Positions 61,792 through 64,000 of a stretch of DNA of 64,000 bases are shown here, in pieces. Each line of letters begins with the position of its first letter. Within the stretch, counting starts at the first letter, position 1. The translations under genes and the position numbers were made by a program. Under the pieces are notes generated by a model. The model ran no database searches. It was not told the DNA's origin and saw only the letters and a program-made list of their open reading frames with translations. The DNA is from Candidatus Omnitrophota bacterium (GTDB taxonomy: Bacteria > Omnitrophota > Gorgyraeia > Gygaellales > Profunditerraquicolaceae). The DNA lies in assembly GCA_041651115.1 (NCBI GenBank), contig JBAZJY010000001.1, positions 581,165-645,164 of the forward strand. The letters run 5' to 3'.

Positions 61792-62295
61792 TTATAATTC
61801 AATCCCCTTCCTCGCCTTAAGGCCTTTCGCATAATAATGCTTTTTATCTTTTATTTCACTTACCAGGTCTGCTAATTTTATAACCTGCGGATGGGCATTG
61901 CGGCCGGTAAGCACAAGCTCTATTCCGCGGGGGGTTTTTTTGATCAAACTGATCACGCTGCTCAATTCTATTAATTTCAACTTTAGGGCGACATTGATCT
62001 CATCCAGTATCACCACATCATAAGCTTTCCGGCTGATCACCGCTTCAGCTTTTTTTAGACCTTTTTTTGCCATTGCCAGGTCTTTTCTTTCCGGGATACG
62101 GCGGATAAAACAACCTGCGCCGAACTGCTCAACTTTGACGTGAGTTAATTTTTTTAGCGCCTTGATCTCACTATAGCAGCCGCTTTTAACGAATTGGCCG
62201 ATATACACCTTAAGCCCCGCGCCTTGAGCCCTAAGCGCCAAGCCTAATGCCGCAGTAGTCTTACCTTTACCATTTCCAGTGTAAACCTGTATCAA
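61792..62295 (-). CDS. cobO: cob(I)yrinic acid a,c-diamide / corrinoid adenosyltransferase (CobO/BtuR type)
   Basis: 167 aa, MIQVYTGNGKGKTTAALGLALRA P-loop typical of CobA/BtuR. Confidence 0.85.
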   Translation of the reverse strand: MIQVYTGNGKGKTTAALGLALRAQGAGLKVYIGQFVKSGCYSEIKALKKLTHVKVEQFGAGCFIRRIPERKDLAMAKKGLKKAEAVISRKAYDVVILDEINVALKLKLIELSSVISLIKKTPRGIELVLTGRNAHPQVIKLADLVSEIKDKKHYYAKGLKARKGIEL

Positions 62296-62296
62296 C

Positions 62297-62941
62297 CTAT
62301 TCCTCCCTTAACCCGTATTTTCCCACCAGCGGCACAAACATGCAGCCGCAAATATCCTTATACTGCAGCTGGCCATGTTTTTTCTCGGCAACTGTAAGCA
62401 CCTGACTAAAATTTTCACCTAAAGGCAAAACTGCCCTACCGCCGTCTTTCAATTGTTCTATCAGGGGAAACGGCATTGCCGGTGTAGCAGCAGTAATAAT
62501 GATCCGGTCAAAAGGCGCTTGTTCCGGCCAACCCAGCGTTCCATCCCCGGTTTTTACCTTAATATTCCCGTAGCCTGATTCGTTAAATAGCGCTATAGCT
62601 TTATCTGCCAAAGCCGGGATACGCTCTATAGTATAGACTTCTTTTGCCAATTCGGCAAGGATTGCCGTTTGATAACCCGAGCCTGTGCCGATCTCAAGGA
62701 TTTTTTTGCTGCCGGTCAAATCTAATTTCTCGGTCATCAATGCCACAATATAAGGCTGGGAAATGGTCTGGCCTTCACCGATGGGAACGGGAAAATCGCC
62801 ATAGGCGCTGTCAATCGAGCCTTGAGGCACAAATTTATGGCGGGGCACTTTATAAAATGCGGAAATAACGCGGGGGTCGCTTATGCCTCGGCTGATAATT
62901 TGCTCATCAACCATTTGTTTTCTTGAAACGGTGTAGTCCAT
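62297..62941 (-). CDS. pcm: protein-L-isoaspartate O-methyltransferase
   Basis: 214 aa, SAM motif LEIGTGSGYQTA. Confidence 0.9.
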   Translation of the reverse strand: MDYTVSRKQMVDEQIISRGISDPRVISAFYKVPRHKFVPQGSIDSAYGDFPVPIGEGQTISQPYIVALMTEKLDLTGSKKILEIGTGSGYQTAILAELAKEVYTIERIPALADKAIALFNESGYGNIKVKTGDGTLGWPEQAPFDRIIITAATPAMPFPLIEQLKDGGRAVLPLGENFSQVLTVAEKKHGQLQYKDICGCMFVPLVGKYGLREE

Positions 62942-62959
62942 ACCTAATGACGCGACTGG

Positions 62960-63652
62960 CTATTTTGTTAGCTCCCGCATGATGAACCTTATGAACCTGA
63001 CCGTATCGGTAACCGGGTTGATTTTGCTTTTTTCGCCCCTGTAAACCGTACTGATGGTCACGGATTCAATGTTAAATCCCGCGCGGGAAACCTGAAGCAG
63101 CATTTCCGACTCTGCCTCAAACTTGCTTGTCTTAAGCCTGATCTTTTCCAACGCGTCCTTTTTTATCAGACGGAACCCGCATTGGGTATCCGGGATCTCC
63201 TGGCGGGCAACGACCGAGATCAGCCAGGACATGACTTTATTGGTTACCAGCCGCAGCCACGGCATGTTCCTTACCTTGATCATCCTGTTACCGATAAAAA
63301 AGCTGTTGTCTGAAGCTGCCGCCCGGTTAATGAATTTCGGAATGTCGGAAGGCAGGTGCTGGCCGTCTCCGTCCATGGTAATCACCGCGTTAAAATTATG
63401 CGACAGCGCGTAATTAAAGCCCTTTGCCAGAGAAACTCCCTTCCCCTTATTAACGTCATTGGAGATAACCTTGCCTCCGGCTGCTTTTGCCACCTGAGCC
63501 GTATTATCGCGAGAACCGTCATCAACAATCAATACTTCCAGCCCCGCTTTTTTTATCTTATCCACGATCCCGCCAATCGCTCTGGCTTCGTTATAAGCGG
63601 GAATAATTACGCAAACTCTCATCCTATCCAAAACCTCCTGAACATATACCAC
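62960..63652 (-). CDS. family 2 glycosyltransferase (polyprenyl-phosphate sugar transferase-like); likely start at MRVCVIIPAYNE
   Basis: GT-A fold motifs IIPAYNE, DDGSRD, DGDGQ. Confidence 0.75.
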   Translation of the reverse strand: MVYVQEVLDRMRVCVIIPAYNEARAIGGIVDKIKKAGLEVLIVDDGSRDNTAQVAKAAGGKVISNDVNKGKGVSLAKGFNYALSHNFNAVITMDGDGQHLPSDIPKFINRAAASDNSFFIGNRMIKVRNMPWLRLVTNKVMSWLISVVARQEIPDTQCGFRLIKKDALEKIRLKTSKFEAESEMLLQVSRAGFNIESVTISTVYRGEKSKINPVTDTVRFIRFIMRELTK

Positions 63653-64000
63653 TGATCCGGGTATTTTCTAATATAATCTTCAATGAGGGATTTATACGAA
63701 TTCACTATTTCCAACATCCGGCGCTCCTTTTCTTCCGGCAGCCGCTCATCCCCTACTTTTTCAAACTTGATCGGTTTTTCTATCCTGAGAGTAAAGCTAT
63801 CGTCGCAGTTACGGAACATAAATCCCGGGATAATCGGGCTGCCGGTCTTCATGGAAAAGGCTGCCGGGCCCGCGGGAAAATAACTTTTTTTACCAAAAAA
63901 GTCCACCACGAGGCCTTTCGCGTTAAAGTCCCGGTCTCCGACCAAAGCAACCATTTTATTTTCCTTAAGCAGGTTAAGGCACTGACGCGCCGCCTTACCA
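63619..64000 (-). CDS. lysophospholipid/lipid A acyltransferase (LpxL/HtrB family), C-terminal part; reading frame open to window end
   Basis: C-terminal 111 aa shown in track; frame stays open upstream of the listed Met to position 64000. Confidence 0.6.
   Translation of the reverse strand, partial: GKAARQCLNLLKENKMVALVGDRDFNAKGLVVDFFGKKSYFPAGPAAFSMKTGSPIIPGFMFRNCDDSFTLRIEKPIKFEKVGDERLPEEKERRMLEIVNSYKSLIEDYIRKYPDQWYMFRRFWIG

Noticed and set aside
1-64000. CRISPR arrays, cas genes, transposases, integrases, phage genes, toxin-antitoxin pairs
   Set aside because: Looked for evenly spaced direct repeats and for characteristic protein motifs in all gaps and ORFs. None found. The only repeats are the palindromic families described.

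Overview
The window is a 64-kb stretch of bacterial core genome in which every gene but one lies on the minus strand. My read of the lineage is an uncultivated diderm of roughly 50% GC; the main cue is that a TonB-dependent receptor and a TonB-like protein are present. Phylum cannot be assigned from the sequence alone.

Gene content in transcription order (minus strand, descending coordinates):
- a surA-pdxA-[B12-binding radical SAM]-ksgA operon (the 3' end of an LpxL-like gene, a GT2, pcm, cobO and a plus-strand DedA gene lie at the high-coordinate edge)
- tRNA-Thr, rpmG, tRNA-Trp, secE, nusG, rplKAJL, rpoBC, rpsLG, fusA, tuf
- the S10, spc and alpha ribosomal-protein operons joined into one array, with no L30 gene and no S10 or L10 leader spaces, ending in rplQ and the start of an aminotransferase gene
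- a short mfd, secDF, yajC, rpsP, a TrpE/PabB-family gene, then a his cluster (hisD, B, H, A, a lipoprotein, F, I) that directly follows recA-recX-alaS
- a cobalamin salvage and transport locus: riboswitch-btuFCD-cobCUTS-cobQ-[Dph6-like PP-loop ATPase]-riboswitch-btuB-tonB

I located rpmJ (L36), rpmG (L33), tRNA-Trp(CCA) and tRNA-Thr(GGT) by hand; none is in the ORF track. No CRISPR array, transposase, integrase or recognisable defence system is visible.

The features most worth follow-up are:
1. A Dph6-like PP-loop ATP pyrophosphatase translationally coupled to cobQ inside the B12 operon. It is a candidate new corrinoid-processing enzyme.
2. Two cobalamin riboswitches. One is transcriptional, upstream of btuF. 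The second, minimal one is upstream of btuB and abuts the PP-loop gene stop codon.
3. A 76-bp nested-palindrome repeat family in three copies. One copy supplies the last ~25 codons of CobC and another supplies the hisA stop codon.
4. A two-hairpin motif with a conserved loop and covarying stem, found just after the nusG, rplL and tonB stop codons.
5. A B12-binding radical SAM gene inserted between pdxA and ksgA.
6. A minimal Mfd that lacks the UvrA-recruitment module and the C-terminal autoinhibitory domain.
7. A C4 zinc knuckle at the L24 C-terminus, alongside Cys-containing forms of L33, L36 and S14.

Start codons in the ORF track are approximate. Several ORFs begin at TTG or GTG, or run upstream into leader sequence; recA, rplK, btuF, cobQ and rpoC are examples.
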